Positions 30,444 through 40,131 of a DNA stretch of 64,000 nt are shown here, piece after piece. The DNA lies in IMG/VR virus record IMGVR_UViG_3300011336_000243, positions 19,180 to 83,179 of that record. The stretch is one strand, 5' to 3'. The notes under the pieces were generated by a model, which made no database searches, was not told the origin of the DNA, and was given only the letters and a program-made list of their open reading frames with translations. The position numbers and the translations under genes were made by a program. Numbering within the stretch: position 1 is the stretch's first letter; every line of letters starts with the position of its first letter. Source of the stretch: a virus. Taxonomy: Duplodnaviria; Caudoviricetes.

Positions 30444-31253
30444 TTATCTATTTGCTTTTTTAGCATCCCCTGATACTTCGTGTAAAATTAGTTGTTTTTG
30501 CTGAGAATTATCGAACTCTAATCTAACAATTGCGTACTTGTCTTGTATAAACTCTTTTTCATACCAGTCTTTAGCTCCTACTGCTGTAATGTCTAAAGCG
30601 TAGTTATCAAAAAGGTCTTTCAAGAATGTTATTCCTTTCTCCTTAACCACATCTCTAAAGTCATTAAAACTCCACACTCCCTGAGTTTGTCTATTACGTT
30701 GATACTGCAAGTCTGCAAACTCCTGTACAGTATTTAAAGGAATACGTCCTGTGTGCTGTGTACTATTCCAGATAGAGATATGAGTCAACGTATTCCACTC
30801 AGCCTCTTTACTAGAGTAGTCTGGAGTATCAGTCTTTACTGTAGTAACCCAGTTTAAAGCGTAAAGCATAAACTCTGTATCTGATTTGAATACTACGTCT
30901 ATGAAGAAAGGCTTTGTTTCTGGCTCAGCAGTAAAACTTTGGTTGTGGTATTGACCGTACTTACCTGCGTTATGTTCGTAGTGATACACTAGTCCATCTT
31001 GTTTTAAGTTAAACAACTTATCTCTAGTATGGAAATAAAAGTCAGGAATAAAGTCGTGGAAGAATACCCACTCATTACTCTGTGGTGCGTAAGAAATAGT
31101 AAAAGATTTATCCTTTAAGTCTACGACATCTTCAAACAGAAGACAGAACGTGCCTTTAGAGGTTACTACTTTTTTAAGGTATTTGCAACTATAGTCCCAA
31201 GTAGTAGCTGAAGGGTTAAAGTTATATGCTGAAAGTTGTGTACATCCGTTCAT
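30444..31253 (-). CDS. C-terminal part of the tail stabilization (muzzle) protein, encoded as a separate gene
   Basis: KSFTISY...WVFFHDFIPDFYF resembles the C-terminal crAss-like stabilization protein motif. The N-terminus has a GCT..A.N.NP.AT.D.SC.Y motif. Confidence 0.65.
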   Translation of the reverse strand: MNGCTQLSAYNFNPSATTWDYSCKYLKKVVTSKGTFCLLFEDVVDLKDKSFTISYAPQSNEWVFFHDFIPDFYFHTRDKLFNLKQDGLVYHYEHNAGKYGQYHNQSFTAEPETKPFFIDVVFKSDTEFMLYALNWVTTVKTDTPDYSSKEAEWNTLTHISIWNSTQHTGRIPLNTVQEFADLQYQRNRQTQGVWSFNDFRDVVKEKGITFLKDLFDNYALDITAVGAKDWYEKEFIQDKYAIVRLEFDNSQQKQLILHEVSGDAKKANR

Positions 31254-31255
31254 GT

Positions 31256-34200
31256 CTAAATTGGTTTATAGCCTAGTAAAAGTATTCCGTGATCATCGCC
31301 TGCACTTGCAAATCCTCCTGGCAGTTGTTGCGCTGATAGTTTAGTATATGGAGTTGTGCCTAGTATTCCGTTTCCATAGAACCATCCTTTATTTTGAAGT
31401 GTCCATCTATAGTAACTTACTATAGGTTGTCCATTCTTATTTATTCCAGAATAAACAGTATTAGGGTCTGGAGTAAAAGCTGTTATATTATGATCAGTTA
31501 AAGTTGCTATAGAATTATATGGGGCAGGTACGTCTGTTAAAGGATTAGTAACAGTTAGAATATTAGAAGTATTACTGGCTTGAGTAGCTAATCCTTCTAC
31601 TCCATATTGTCCTGTCATACTATAACCTGCGTCTCCTGGGAATAATACTGTTCCTACTACTCCTGATGTTATAGGGTCTGTCTCACAACTAGCAATAGAA
31701 GAACTACAAGTTCTAGCTACAAAACTAATATTTCCTATTTGCATTCCAAACTCTACTTCTATAGTAGCATTGTTTCCTGGAAGGTTTGCGTAAATATGTT
31801 GTAATCTAGGTAATGGACCAAACCCACTAGAAATAACAGACCAAGGACCTCCATTAGTTCTAACTCTATATAAAGCAGGCATTTCTCTTGTTATAACGTA
31901 GGTGTCTATTCTTTCACCTGGAGTAGGAACACTCACCACTGTTGCTTCACTTACGTTTAAACTAAACTGAATTATAGAAGGGTTAGAGTACACTTGTTGG
32001 TCTGTTCCTGGTTCACAAACTCTTTGTACTTCTAACTCGTAGTAAGCTTGTTCAGTAAGATGAAAGTCTAAAAAACTTCCAGTAGTAACTCCACTTATAA
32101 GAACTCCGTTTATAGTAACAGGTACTCTAGTTAGTGTACCCCCTAAGTTTTCTAACTTCCATAAAGTGTACACAAAAGTATTAAAAGCAGCAGAAGTCCA
32201 AGCGACATGGTAGTCATTAGGACCAATCCAAGAACCTGTTAAAGATAAAACTGGATTACAAGTAATTGCATTAGGCTCACACTGATCAGGAGAGTTTGTT
32301 GGATTTAGTCCTTTGTACTTTAAATACTTTCCATCCATAAAGACTATATCTTCAGGATAAACAAACTGTCCATTACCCACTACTAAAGAATTACTTACGG
32401 GTTGTCCGTTTAGAATAAGAGTTTGTACAGACGTAATAGAATCTGAAGAAAACGGTATACCTCTTATAGGACTAGTAGGTTCTAAGTTCTTTACAGAAAC
32501 AAATAGTCTTTTATAGAACTGATCCCAGCCTATAGTTATAGAGTTATTACTGTTAAAAGAATTTGCTCCTCTTACTTTTAAGTACTCGTTTAAGAACCTA
32601 CCAATATCTCCGTTAATAGCAGATAGTTTCTTGTCACTGAATATGTACATCTCTCCTACTTTAGCATCAGGGAAAACGTAGCCAATTGGAGTGTTTACAC
32701 AGCATAAGTCGCTTTGAGTTCCTCCGTATCCTAGATTAGACTGTATTGCTTCTTGTGGTTCAAACTGGAAGATGTCTCCAGATCCTAAAGTTACTCCTAG
32801 TAACCCTGTTTCTAACTTTACTTTATCACGTGTAAGGAATAAAGCGTGAAGATGATGTATAAGTAAACTGTCTGAGATAGCAGATAAGTTGACGATTGGT
32901 CCTCTATCTTTTTGGCAGTCATAGTAGTCTGCAGCTAAGAAAGTTCTCCAACTACGTGTGTTCTGTCTAGACAACTTACCACCTCTAGCTATCCTATGAG
33001 GAAACTCTGTAATGTATTCACGTAAAGGACTATATATGTCCTGAGCAACTAAGTCATTGATTCCCTCTGCACCTTTGTAGTATCCAAACTTATTAGGGTC
33101 TAAAGTAGCATCCCAGAATGCAGGATAACTACCAGGGAACGTAGGAGATGAAGAAGTTTCTATTTGACTTTTAGGATAGAACTTTCCTTGAGGTGTATTC
33201 TGTTCAAACAGTGACCAAGTGTTTACTACGGACTCACATAAAAGTCTGTAAACAAATCTTTCTGTTTTCATGTACGGATAAGAAGTAGGTCTGTCTGCTC
33301 CAGAACCATCATCTGTAGGTACGTCATAATCTTGTTTTACTCCGTGAGTATGAAATGTGTACGGCCCTAAGAAACAATCTCCGCCAAAGAATGCATCTGT
33401 GTTACCTATATACTTGTGTCCACCTGCAGATACTAAGTTTTGATTGTAGTATTCTTTATACATATCGTCTTTAACTTCACATAGTTCAGTAAAGCTAAGT
33501 TGATTAGTAGTAAGATTAGGTATAGTAGTACCAGACCCAACTGTAGTAGCTACAAGAGAAGGAGGAGTAGTCCCTAAAAGATTTCCTATTAAAGCTTCTT
33601 CTATGTATACGTTATTTGTCTCTGTCGTAATACTATGGTTCTTTATCCATTTAGCTTTGTCTACTCCTGATATTTTATAAGCTGAAGGAAATAACGTAGC
33701 GGTAGTAATAGACTTAGTGCAGTCTACCATATACACGTTACAAGGTTTTCCACTTGCCACTGTTCCTGGATTAGAAAAAGTCCATTTAACATACTTCTGT
33801 TCTACTTTACCGTTTAAGTTTAACTCACGTGCTATGAAGTTAGGTTCTATAGTAGGATGAAAGATATTTAAGTCTGGACTAAGAAACCTGAACTTGTTCC
33901 AAGTAATCTGCCAGTCATTTACGCCACTACCTGTTCTAGTAATGTTACATCCTGTAGAGAAAGTCCTAAGTGGGTCTTTAACTGTATTAGTAGCTCCTTG
34001 GATTAATACGCTTTGTGCGTACACTGACATATTAGAGATAGTTCTCTTAGCATAGAAAAGCTCGTAACCTATAATGTCTCCTTGATACTTTAATGGTATC
34101 TGTATGTTTGTTAGTCTAATACCTAGTACATCTAACTTAGAAGTACCGTAAGAAGTTTCACTACTATAAAGATTTTCTTTACACCAACCTATAGAAGGCA

Positions 34201-35506
34201 TTTTATGATGTCTTACTTTCTTACCTCTTAAGTCTAGACCTCCTAAGGCAACACTATTAAAGTTAGGAGTGTTAGGATAAGTCTCGTTTTGGTTTTCATG
34301 CACACCTAATCTTCCTATTTTGTTTGTACTACTAAACGTAGTAATAGTATCTTCTACTTGGAACTTAGGTCTAGTTACTCCTCCTGTAGTTCCTACAGTT
34401 GATGTAAGATAGTTTGCAGCAGTTGCTGGTACTCCTGGTATTGTGAAAGCTATAGTCTTAGTACCGTTAGCACGCAGATACTTTACGTATAATGCATAAA
34501 CTTCTCTATGCTTAAAAGTTTTCTTAGCGCCACTAGATAACTCTTCTTGGTCAGAAATATCTTTTAACTCACTAGTCCATTCAGGAATAATCAAGTTAGC
34601 ATACTGTTGCATATCTAAAAGGTCGTCTTCTCTAGTAAGATTACCTATGTAAAGAGCATCATTTAGTTGCGTCATAGTACCTACTTTATTGTAGCGTACT
34701 TGTCCTACTAAAACTTCTGTAATGTCTATACTATCTCCATCAGGACTATCCGATACTATACTCATACTACTGCCTCCTATTAACTGTTTAGGAAGTACAT
34801 AACATGCAGTTACTCCTTTAGTCTTAGCAATCACTACTAACTCTAAGTACTGATAACTAGTGTCTACGTTCTCTAGTTTAAAGTTTAAACCTGCTACGTC
34901 TTCAGTATTAATAATACAACCTCCGTAAACAGAAGAGTACGGTGTACTAGTACCGTCTTTTTTGTAGTAACGTAAAGCAGTATAGTATGAACCTTCTTTG
35001 TAGTATCCAGCTGCTGAGGAAGTCATGGTTATTGTAGGAAGGATAAAGTTTGGAAATAAACTCCAACTACCCAGTTTAGTAGTGTCAGGATTAGACAAGT
35101 TTAAGAACTTAGGAAAAGTTCTTTTATCTGTAAAAGCTACTATTAGTTCATTCTTGTAGTTTCGTTGTACTTCTCCAGTAATATAGTATTCTATGTTAAA
35201 CCCTAAAAAGTAACCTACGTTAATATCATTCCAAGAAAACTCTATTATGTTAGAAGTTAAATCTACTAGTTGAACAGCAGAGTTAATATTATTTGTAGAG
35301 AATACTACTACTTTACCAGAGTCTGCTTCTAAAAGTCCATTAATTCTCCAGCCACTTGGGCATAAAGACTGTAGTCTTTTAAACCCTGGCTCATTAACTA
35401 TAGTACCTTTTAAGTCATACTGAATACCGTTCTTGCCAAAACGATAGTGCCCTTCTTCTGTCTCTAATGGAGTAGAGTCTAAACTTATTCCTTTTATAGG
35501 TTTCAT
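31256..35506 (-). CDS. Tail stabilization / muzzle protein (N-terminal part) with appended FN3-like domain(s)
   Basis: MKPIKGISLDSTP...YRFGKN start, FKHREVYALYV, FFGGDCFL, HHLHALF and IGWDQFYKRLFVS. Located upstream of the cargo genes. Confidence 0.8.
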   Translation of the reverse strand: MKPIKGISLDSTPLETEEGHYRFGKNGIQYDLKGTIVNEPGFKRLQSLCPSGWRINGLLEADSGKVVVFSTNNINSAVQLVDLTSNIIEFSWNDINVGYFLGFNIEYYITGEVQRNYKNELIVAFTDKRTFPKFLNLSNPDTTKLGSWSLFPNFILPTITMTSSAAGYYKEGSYYTALRYYKKDGTSTPYSSVYGGCIINTEDVAGLNFKLENVDTSYQYLELVVIAKTKGVTACYVLPKQLIGGSSMSIVSDSPDGDSIDITEVLVGQVRYNKVGTMTQLNDALYIGNLTREDDLLDMQQYANLIIPEWTSELKDISDQEELSSGAKKTFKHREVYALYVKYLRANGTKTIAFTIPGVPATAANYLTSTVGTTGGVTRPKFQVEDTITTFSSTNKIGRLGVHENQNETYPNTPNFNSVALGGLDLRGKKVRHHKMPSIGWCKENLYSSETSYGTSKLDVLGIRLTNIQIPLKYQGDIIGYELFYAKRTISNMSVYAQSVLIQGATNTVKDPLRTFSTGCNITRTGSGVNDWQITWNKFRFLSPDLNIFHPTIEPNFIARELNLNGKVEQKYVKWTFSNPGTVASGKPCNVYMVDCTKSITTATLFPSAYKISGVDKAKWIKNHSITTETNNVYIEEALIGNLLGTTPPSLVATTVGSGTTIPNLTTNQLSFTELCEVKDDMYKEYYNQNLVSAGGHKYIGNTDAFFGGDCFLGPYTFHTHGVKQDYDVPTDDGSGADRPTSYPYMKTERFVYRLLCESVVNTWSLFEQNTPQGKFYPKSQIETSSSPTFPGSYPAFWDATLDPNKFGYYKGAEGINDLVAQDIYSPLREYITEFPHRIARGGKLSRQNTRSWRTFLAADYYDCQKDRGPIVNLSAISDSLLIHHLHALFLTRDKVKLETGLLGVTLGSGDIFQFEPQEAIQSNLGYGGTQSDLCCVNTPIGYVFPDAKVGEMYIFSDKKLSAINGDIGRFLNEYLKVRGANSFNSNNSITIGWDQFYKRLFVSVKNLEPTSPIRGIPFSSDSITSVQTLILNGQPVSNSLVVGNGQFVYPEDIVFMDGKYLKYKGLNPTNSPDQCEPNAITCNPVLSLTGSWIGPNDYHVAWTSAAFNTFVYTLWKLENLGGTLTRVPVTINGVLISGVTTGSFLDFHLTEQAYYELEVQRVCEPGTDQQVYSNPSIIQFSLNVSEATVVSVPTPGERIDTYVITREMPALYRVRTNGGPWSVISSGFGPLPRLQHIYANLPGNNATIEVEFGMQIGNISFVARTCSSSIASCETDPITSGVVGTVLFPGDAGYSMTGQYGVEGLATQASNTSNILTVTNPLTDVPAPYNSIATLTDHNITAFTPDPNTVYSGINKNGQPIVSYYRWTLQNKGWFYGNGILGTTPYTKLSAQQLPGGFASAGDDHGILLLGYKPI

Positions 35507-35510
35507 ACTA

Positions 35511-35518
35511 CAAAGGTA
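35511..35518 (-). promoter_or_regulatory. -7 promoter box TACCTTTG, 4 nt before the muzzle ATG
   Basis: Matches the TAnnTTTG consensus. Confidence 0.7.
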
Positions 35519-35525
35519 AGTTATT

Positions 35526-35993
35526 CTATAATACAGCCAACTGGAAATGCATACCGTCTTTTACACTAGTCCAATTTCCTCCCCACTCTAATCCTTCGGT
35601 AGTAAAACACTTTACAAACTTAGCAGAAAGTTTAGGAATTTTACCTAAACCATTCTCAGCAGCATTTACGTCAATAGCTATAGCCCAGCTATGAAGGCTC
35701 ATAGAACTGTTAGTCATCTTTTTACGTATCATGAAACAACCGTCCCAAGTCTTTAACTCTTTGGCTAATCCTGCCGTTATAAGATTACGTAGTGATGCTT
35801 CAAGTTTATCTTTTAAGTCTTTGTTTACAAAGATTCTTTTAGGAAAACCTATAGTTCCTACAGCTGAAAAACGTACATGACTTAATGCGGCTTGTATGTC
35901 TGCTGGGACTTCCCAAGTTACAAACCATTTGTTCTGTGTTGCTAGTAAGTTTGGGTCTCCGTACTTAGCGAAGCATTGTCTTGATGTTATCAT
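35526..35993 (-). CDS. Endolysin, M15 family peptidase (L-Ala-D-Glu peptidase-like)
   Basis: GCF..R, SLHSWAIAIDVN (SxHxxxxAxD), WGGNW and DGMHFQL. Confidence 0.9.
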   Translation of the reverse strand: MITSRQCFAKYGDPNLLATQNKWFVTWEVPADIQAALSHVRFSAVGTIGFPKRIFVNKDLKDKLEASLRNLITAGLAKELKTWDGCFMIRKKMTNSSMSLHSWAIAIDVNAAENGLGKIPKLSAKFVKCFTTEGLEWGGNWTSVKDGMHFQLAVL

Positions 35994-36498
35994 AAGTTTG
36001 CATTTTAAAAAGTATATAAAGTATTATAGCCAAAGCTGTAATGATGAGTATGCGTAAATAGTTAAAAGACCTTTGCTTGTACAGTTTTCTTTCAACTTCT
36101 AATTGAGTGTTTTTCTCTTTAAGGACAACGATAGAGTCTATAAACATGTTTACTTTTCTAGTATCCTCATAGTAGTTGAATGTTTTATTGACTACTGTGT
36201 CTACTCTAATAATAGAAGGAGGACATTTAGCTCTAACTATGTAAGGGACTTTTACTGTGTCTAATAATGAAGGAGGACATTCAACATCTATGTAGTTTTC
36301 TACTGTGTCTGTCTTCCCAGGTAGAAACTTCTCCACGTAGGCAATTGAGTCTTTTGTAGGATAGTAAGACAAGCATGCTTTAGCTACTACACTAGGATAG
36401 GAAGTCTGTGCTTTAACTATGTCTTTAGTTGCTTTCTTACTAGTGTAACATGAAGTTAGACTAAGTATTATTAGAAGGATCGGTAAGTGTTTCATCAT
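35965..36498 (-). CDS. Lipoprotein with a C-terminal transmembrane helix, unimolecular spanin-like
   Basis: Lipobox LTSC after a hydrophobic signal, C-terminal LRILIITALAIILYILF, located between holin and endolysin. Confidence 0.7.
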   Translation of the reverse strand: MMKHLPILLIILSLTSCYTSKKATKDIVKAQTSYPSVVAKACLSYYPTKDSIAYVEKFLPGKTDTVENYIDVECPPSLLDTVKVPYIVRAKCPPSIIRVDTVVNKTFNYYEDTRKVNMFIDSIVVLKEKNTQLEVERKLYKQRSFNYLRILIITALAIILYILFKMQTYDNIKTMLR

Positions 36499-36925
36499 TC
36501 TCAGTTTGGTTATTTTGCAAATCTACGGACTTTGTTTCGTTATTATCTACATCTATTCCCGTAAACTTTTGGATTCCTTTGTTAAATTTTGCAGGATAAG
36601 TCTTTTCTATGTATCTCATAATACTCTCAGCTAGAAACGCAGATGCCATTACTATAGGTATACGTGGTAACGTAGACTTATAGAATAGAAGTAAGTAGTT
36701 AGTCATAAACCCTACAGCTAAAGCTAAGAATACTATTATAGTTATGTCAGACTTAGACACAATCTCTTTATCCCTTACGCGTAAGGCTACACGTACACCA
36801 CTTCCTAATACTACTGCACATAAGAATAGTGCTCCTTCCATAATTAAACCTTTTGGGTTATTTATGTCAGGCTGTATTAGTATCTGTAGTATACAGATTA
36901 AAATAAGGGTAGGATTGCTTATCAT
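36461..36925 (-). CDS. Putative holin
   Basis: Three to four hydrophobic helices and a charged C-terminal tail, inside the lysis cassette. Confidence 0.65.
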   Translation of the reverse strand: MISNPTLILICILQILIQPDINNPKGLIMEGALFLCAVVLGSGVRVALRVRDKEIVSKSDITIIVFLALAVGFMTNYLLLFYKSTLPRIPIVMASAFLAESIMRYIEKTYPAKFNKGIQKFTGIDVDNNETKSVDLQNNQTENDETLTDPSNNT

Positions 36926-37545
36926 TACCTTATACAGATTATTTTGATTTTACAGTCTTCTTCCGTAACAAATTGGTGAACTTGCTTTCTGTCTATCTTT
37001 ATCATATCACCACTTTTTAGAGTACGAGTAATTCCTCCTTTATACTTTAACTTTAGTATTCCTTGGTTAATCAGTATTATAGTGTCAAAAGTATTGTAGT
37101 GCATCTGTCTAAACGTAGGGTGATTAACTATTAGAGTGAATATGATAGTGGTTTCTGAAGCATCTTTCTGTAGAGGGATTACGTTTTTATAGCTTTCTAC
37201 ATCAACAAGTCTATTGTAAACTAAGTCTCCCCAAGTAATCCTGTAGTACTTTCTATACACGAATTTGTGAAAGACATCTACATTGTAGTAGTCTAGGATC
37301 TTCTGTCCTCCTACTAATATTGTGGTTAAAAACAAAAGGCTGTAAAAGACTGGCATTTCTACGAACTCACGTTGCAGAATGTCAAATCTGTTTACAGCAA
37401 AGAATAAACTTAAAAGATAAGTTATATATCCGTATTTTTCTATAGATCCTAGTTGTTTAATACTAGCAAAAGCTATCAAAGCAGTTACTAGTATAGTACA
37501 TAGACTAGCGTACATAAGTAGGTCGACTGTATTGGTATACTCCAT
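36925..37545 (-). CDS. Membrane protein with a C-terminal cupin domain
   Basis: Three N-terminal hydrophobic segments, then MHYNTFDTIILINQG and GDMIKIDRKQVHQF (cupin motifs 1 and 2). Confidence 0.65.
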   Translation of the reverse strand: MEYTNTVDLLMYASLCTILVTALIAFASIKQLGSIEKYGYITYLLSLFFAVNRFDILQREFVEMPVFYSLLFLTTILVGGQKILDYYNVDVFHKFVYRKYYRITWGDLVYNRLVDVESYKNVIPLQKDASETTIIFTLIVNHPTFRQMHYNTFDTIILINQGILKLKYKGGITRTLKSGDMIKIDRKQVHQFVTEEDCKIKIICIR

Positions 37546-37571
37546 TTTAGTTAGTGATTCTTTTTGGCTAA

Positions 37572-37579
37572 CAAAGATA
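37572..37579 (-). promoter_or_regulatory. -7 promoter box TATCTTTG for the lysis cassette
   Basis: TAnnTTTG 26 nt upstream of ATG 37545. Confidence 0.65.
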
Positions 37580-37645
37580 GGAAGTAAACCGAAAAAGCTT
37601 GCTATAAGTGCTGTACAGTTTTCTTAATCAACGTAGTATTAAAAC

Positions 37646-37924
37646 CTAAAGTCCTAGTACTCTTTTATCTTCTTCAGATAATAAAGACAGTGCTCTAACT
37701 CGGATTAACTCGTTTATATCTAATTCATCTTTTTGGTAAAGCTCTTTAGTATAGTAATCCGTATTTTCACCAACTTCTAGTTTATTATCCAAATATGCCT
37801 TATAAGATATAGCGTTGTCATAATCTACGAATGACTTTTCTGTATCATCATTGTAAACTTTTAAAAACTGGTTAGTTGTAGTGTCTATTACGTTCTTGTA
37901 CTTTATTATTGTATGTAGTTCCAT
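37646..37924 (-). CDS. Hypothetical protein (possible fibre chaperone)
   Basis: 92-aa ORF directly after the fibre genes. Confidence 0.6.
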   Translation of the reverse strand: MELHTIIKYKNVIDTTTNQFLKVYNDDTEKSFVDYDNAISYKAYLDNKLEVGENTDYYTKELYQKDELDINELIRVRALSLLSEEDKRVLGL

Positions 37925-37934
37925 ATTGTCTATT

Positions 37935-39590
37935 TTATCTTGTTAGCATTAGTTGTAAAAAGTCTATGTTACCTCCCATTGGTTTAGGTGTGTTATAGAA
38001 TGCAATCTTGTCATTACCATCTTGATACACAGTAGTAAATGCAAAGTTGCCATAAAATGCTGAAGTACTACCTGAACCTTGTTTAGGGCCACCAATTGCT
38101 TCAATCATTCCACTTTGCAAGTCTATTCTAAAACATGGTCTTTGCGATGTTGTAGATGTACTATTAGCTAATGAAAAATAATAGGCATATTTACCACTTT
38201 GCGTATGTGGATTATAAGCAAAGTATCCATAGTCATTGTTCATAGTCCATACATTATACCCTGTACTTAAGTTAAGAGGTGCTAAAGTATTAGTCCATGT
38301 TCCTGTTGCAGCACCTGTGATGTCAAACAAATCATAGTTTGTTGTACTTCTTATAGAGTATATTTGACAAGGTTTTATAACTCCATTAGAATCATAAGGT
38401 GTTCCAAATTGAGCCCATGTAATACCACCTGACCCCATTGCAGATGTTCTAGCACCCCATGTAGTACCTGCATCCCATGTGTTAGCAGTTCCACCACAAT
38501 AGTTAGTAATCTTGTAGTTGTATGTAACCGTTGCACCACCCATAAAACCTATTAAGTTATCAGTACAATTCTCTATTACAAACTTACAAGTAGCAGAAGG
38601 TGTTACAGTCCAAGTAGCAACCGTATAAACATTTCCTGTATTAGCTGTGATTAATCTACGTTGCCCTACTGCTGTCGGTATTGCAGTATCTTCTACTATT
38701 CTTATTTGGAAGTTTCTAAAGTAGTTATTTTTTACTAACACATCTCCTCCACTAGTTTGACCTGTTATAGACGTTGCAGATATTGCCGTTGCAGTTAAAC
38801 ACTTTTTTACAAAATCCCCTGCTGTATCGTAAGTTGCAGTACCTACTACATAACCTTCACCTACATTCCTATCACTAGGTACATACTGTTCATCCATACT
38901 TATTAGTTGGTTGTGTGTAGCGGCTACTGTTGCAATTAAGTTAGTTGTACTTAAACTACTAAATGAGTTAGTAAGTAAATCGTATCTTCTAAACTGATTG
39001 GCTGCTAATGCACCATTATTTAAAAATACAACTGAACCGCTTAAAAACTCGTATCTATCACCTGAAACTGGAGTAAAACTTAAAGGTTTATCTAAGTAAA
39101 TAGTTGGTGTAGTGCCTGATGTATTAGCTATTACTCTACGTTCTTCTATCTTACCACTACTACCTGTAGCATTTCCAATTACTCTAACAATGAAACCTTT
39201 ACCATCTCCTCTATTTGCCAACTGATTAGCATTTACAGATGCTGGTAGTGCAGTAGTTAGTGCAAATGATGAAGTGGTTGCACTTGCTGCTATTGTTCCT
39301 GTTGGTGATAAGCTAGGACAAAACGTAGCTGTTGCACCTGACGAAAAAGTACCACCCATACCCATAGCCGAATTAATATGAAACCATGCGTCATTTTTTA
39401 TGTGATAAGCACTAAGTTGATTAGTAAATCCTTGCATATAAAATAGTGGATGTGCGTAGTCTCTATTTCTGTAATCATCTGCAATAACTATACCGTTTGC
39501 GTTTGCAAAAGTGGCATTACTAGTAGTTATCATTTGGCTAAGACTACGCCACTCCATTAAGTCTAAGATGTCTTTGTGATTAATTGTCAT
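37935..39590 (-). CDS. Tail fibre / receptor-binding protein
   Basis: 551 aa, Thr/Gly/Ser/Ala-rich beta structure, in the fibre cluster. Confidence 0.65.
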   Translation of the reverse strand: MTINHKDILDLMEWRSLSQMITTSNATFANANGIVIADDYRNRDYAHPLFYMQGFTNQLSAYHIKNDAWFHINSAMGMGGTFSSGATATFCPSLSPTGTIAASATTSSFALTTALPASVNANQLANRGDGKGFIVRVIGNATGSSGKIEERRVIANTSGTTPTIYLDKPLSFTPVSGDRYEFLSGSVVFLNNGALAANQFRRYDLLTNSFSSLSTTNLIATVAATHNQLISMDEQYVPSDRNVGEGYVVGTATYDTAGDFVKKCLTATAISATSITGQTSGGDVLVKNNYFRNFQIRIVEDTAIPTAVGQRRLITANTGNVYTVATWTVTPSATCKFVIENCTDNLIGFMGGATVTYNYKITNYCGGTANTWDAGTTWGARTSAMGSGGITWAQFGTPYDSNGVIKPCQIYSIRSTTNYDLFDITGAATGTWTNTLAPLNLSTGYNVWTMNNDYGYFAYNPHTQSGKYAYYFSLANSTSTTSQRPCFRIDLQSGMIEAIGGPKQGSGSTSAFYGNFAFTTVYQDGNDKIAFYNTPKPMGGNIDFLQLMLTR

Positions 39591-39592
39591 AA

Positions 39593-40120
39593 TTATGCGA
39601 TTGTGTTTTTTCTAAAGTTATTAAAGTTATCTCTCATTTGGATATGTATAGTAAAAGGTACAAACTGGTCGTTTTGACTTCCATAATATGTTAGTTGTGT
39701 AACAGTTGATACGGAAGTAGGTATTACAGAATTGCTATCATTTCTTACCATCACATTTTTACCTTGAATAGTATCGTTCTCTATTCTTCTCAACATAGAT
39801 AAATCTCTCCTAGTTATTAAGCTATCTATCTCACTTAGTGTTACACCTTGTGGTGCTTCACTCCAATAGAATATCTGTAAGTTGTCAGTATCTTCAAAAC
39901 CTACTACATTTGTGTTATAGTCTAACAATAATCTGTTATCTGATGTTACTTCTCCACCTTTTGTGGGGTCGTTAAACTGATAGATAATAGTGTTGTTAGT
40001 TACATCAGTTACCATAAGTAACCCATCTAGTGAGCATTTAAACCCACTAAATGTGATAGTCCTATTTTGGTAATCAAAGGTGTAACCACCTAAATCTCTG
40101 CCTATTAATACTTTTGCCAT
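39593..40120 (-). CDS. Tail fibre-associated protein
   Basis: YTFD...TITF...LLMVTDVTNNTIIYQF pattern typical of phage fibre/baseplate N-terminal domains. Confidence 0.6.
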   Translation of the reverse strand: MAKVLIGRDLGGYTFDYQNRTITFSGFKCSLDGLLMVTDVTNNTIIYQFNDPTKGGEVTSDNRLLLDYNTNVVGFEDTDNLQIFYWSEAPQGVTLSEIDSLITRRDLSMLRRIENDTIQGKNVMVRNDSNSVIPTSVSTVTQLTYYGSQNDQFVPFTIHIQMRDNFNNFRKNTIA

Positions 40121-40131
40121 GTTCTTTTTAT

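Noticed and set aside
31250-31270. Programmed frameshift or readthrough joining the two muzzle ORFs
   Set aside because: The ORFs are in different frames, the downstream frame has TAA at 31266-31268 just upstream, and there is no canonical slippery heptamer.
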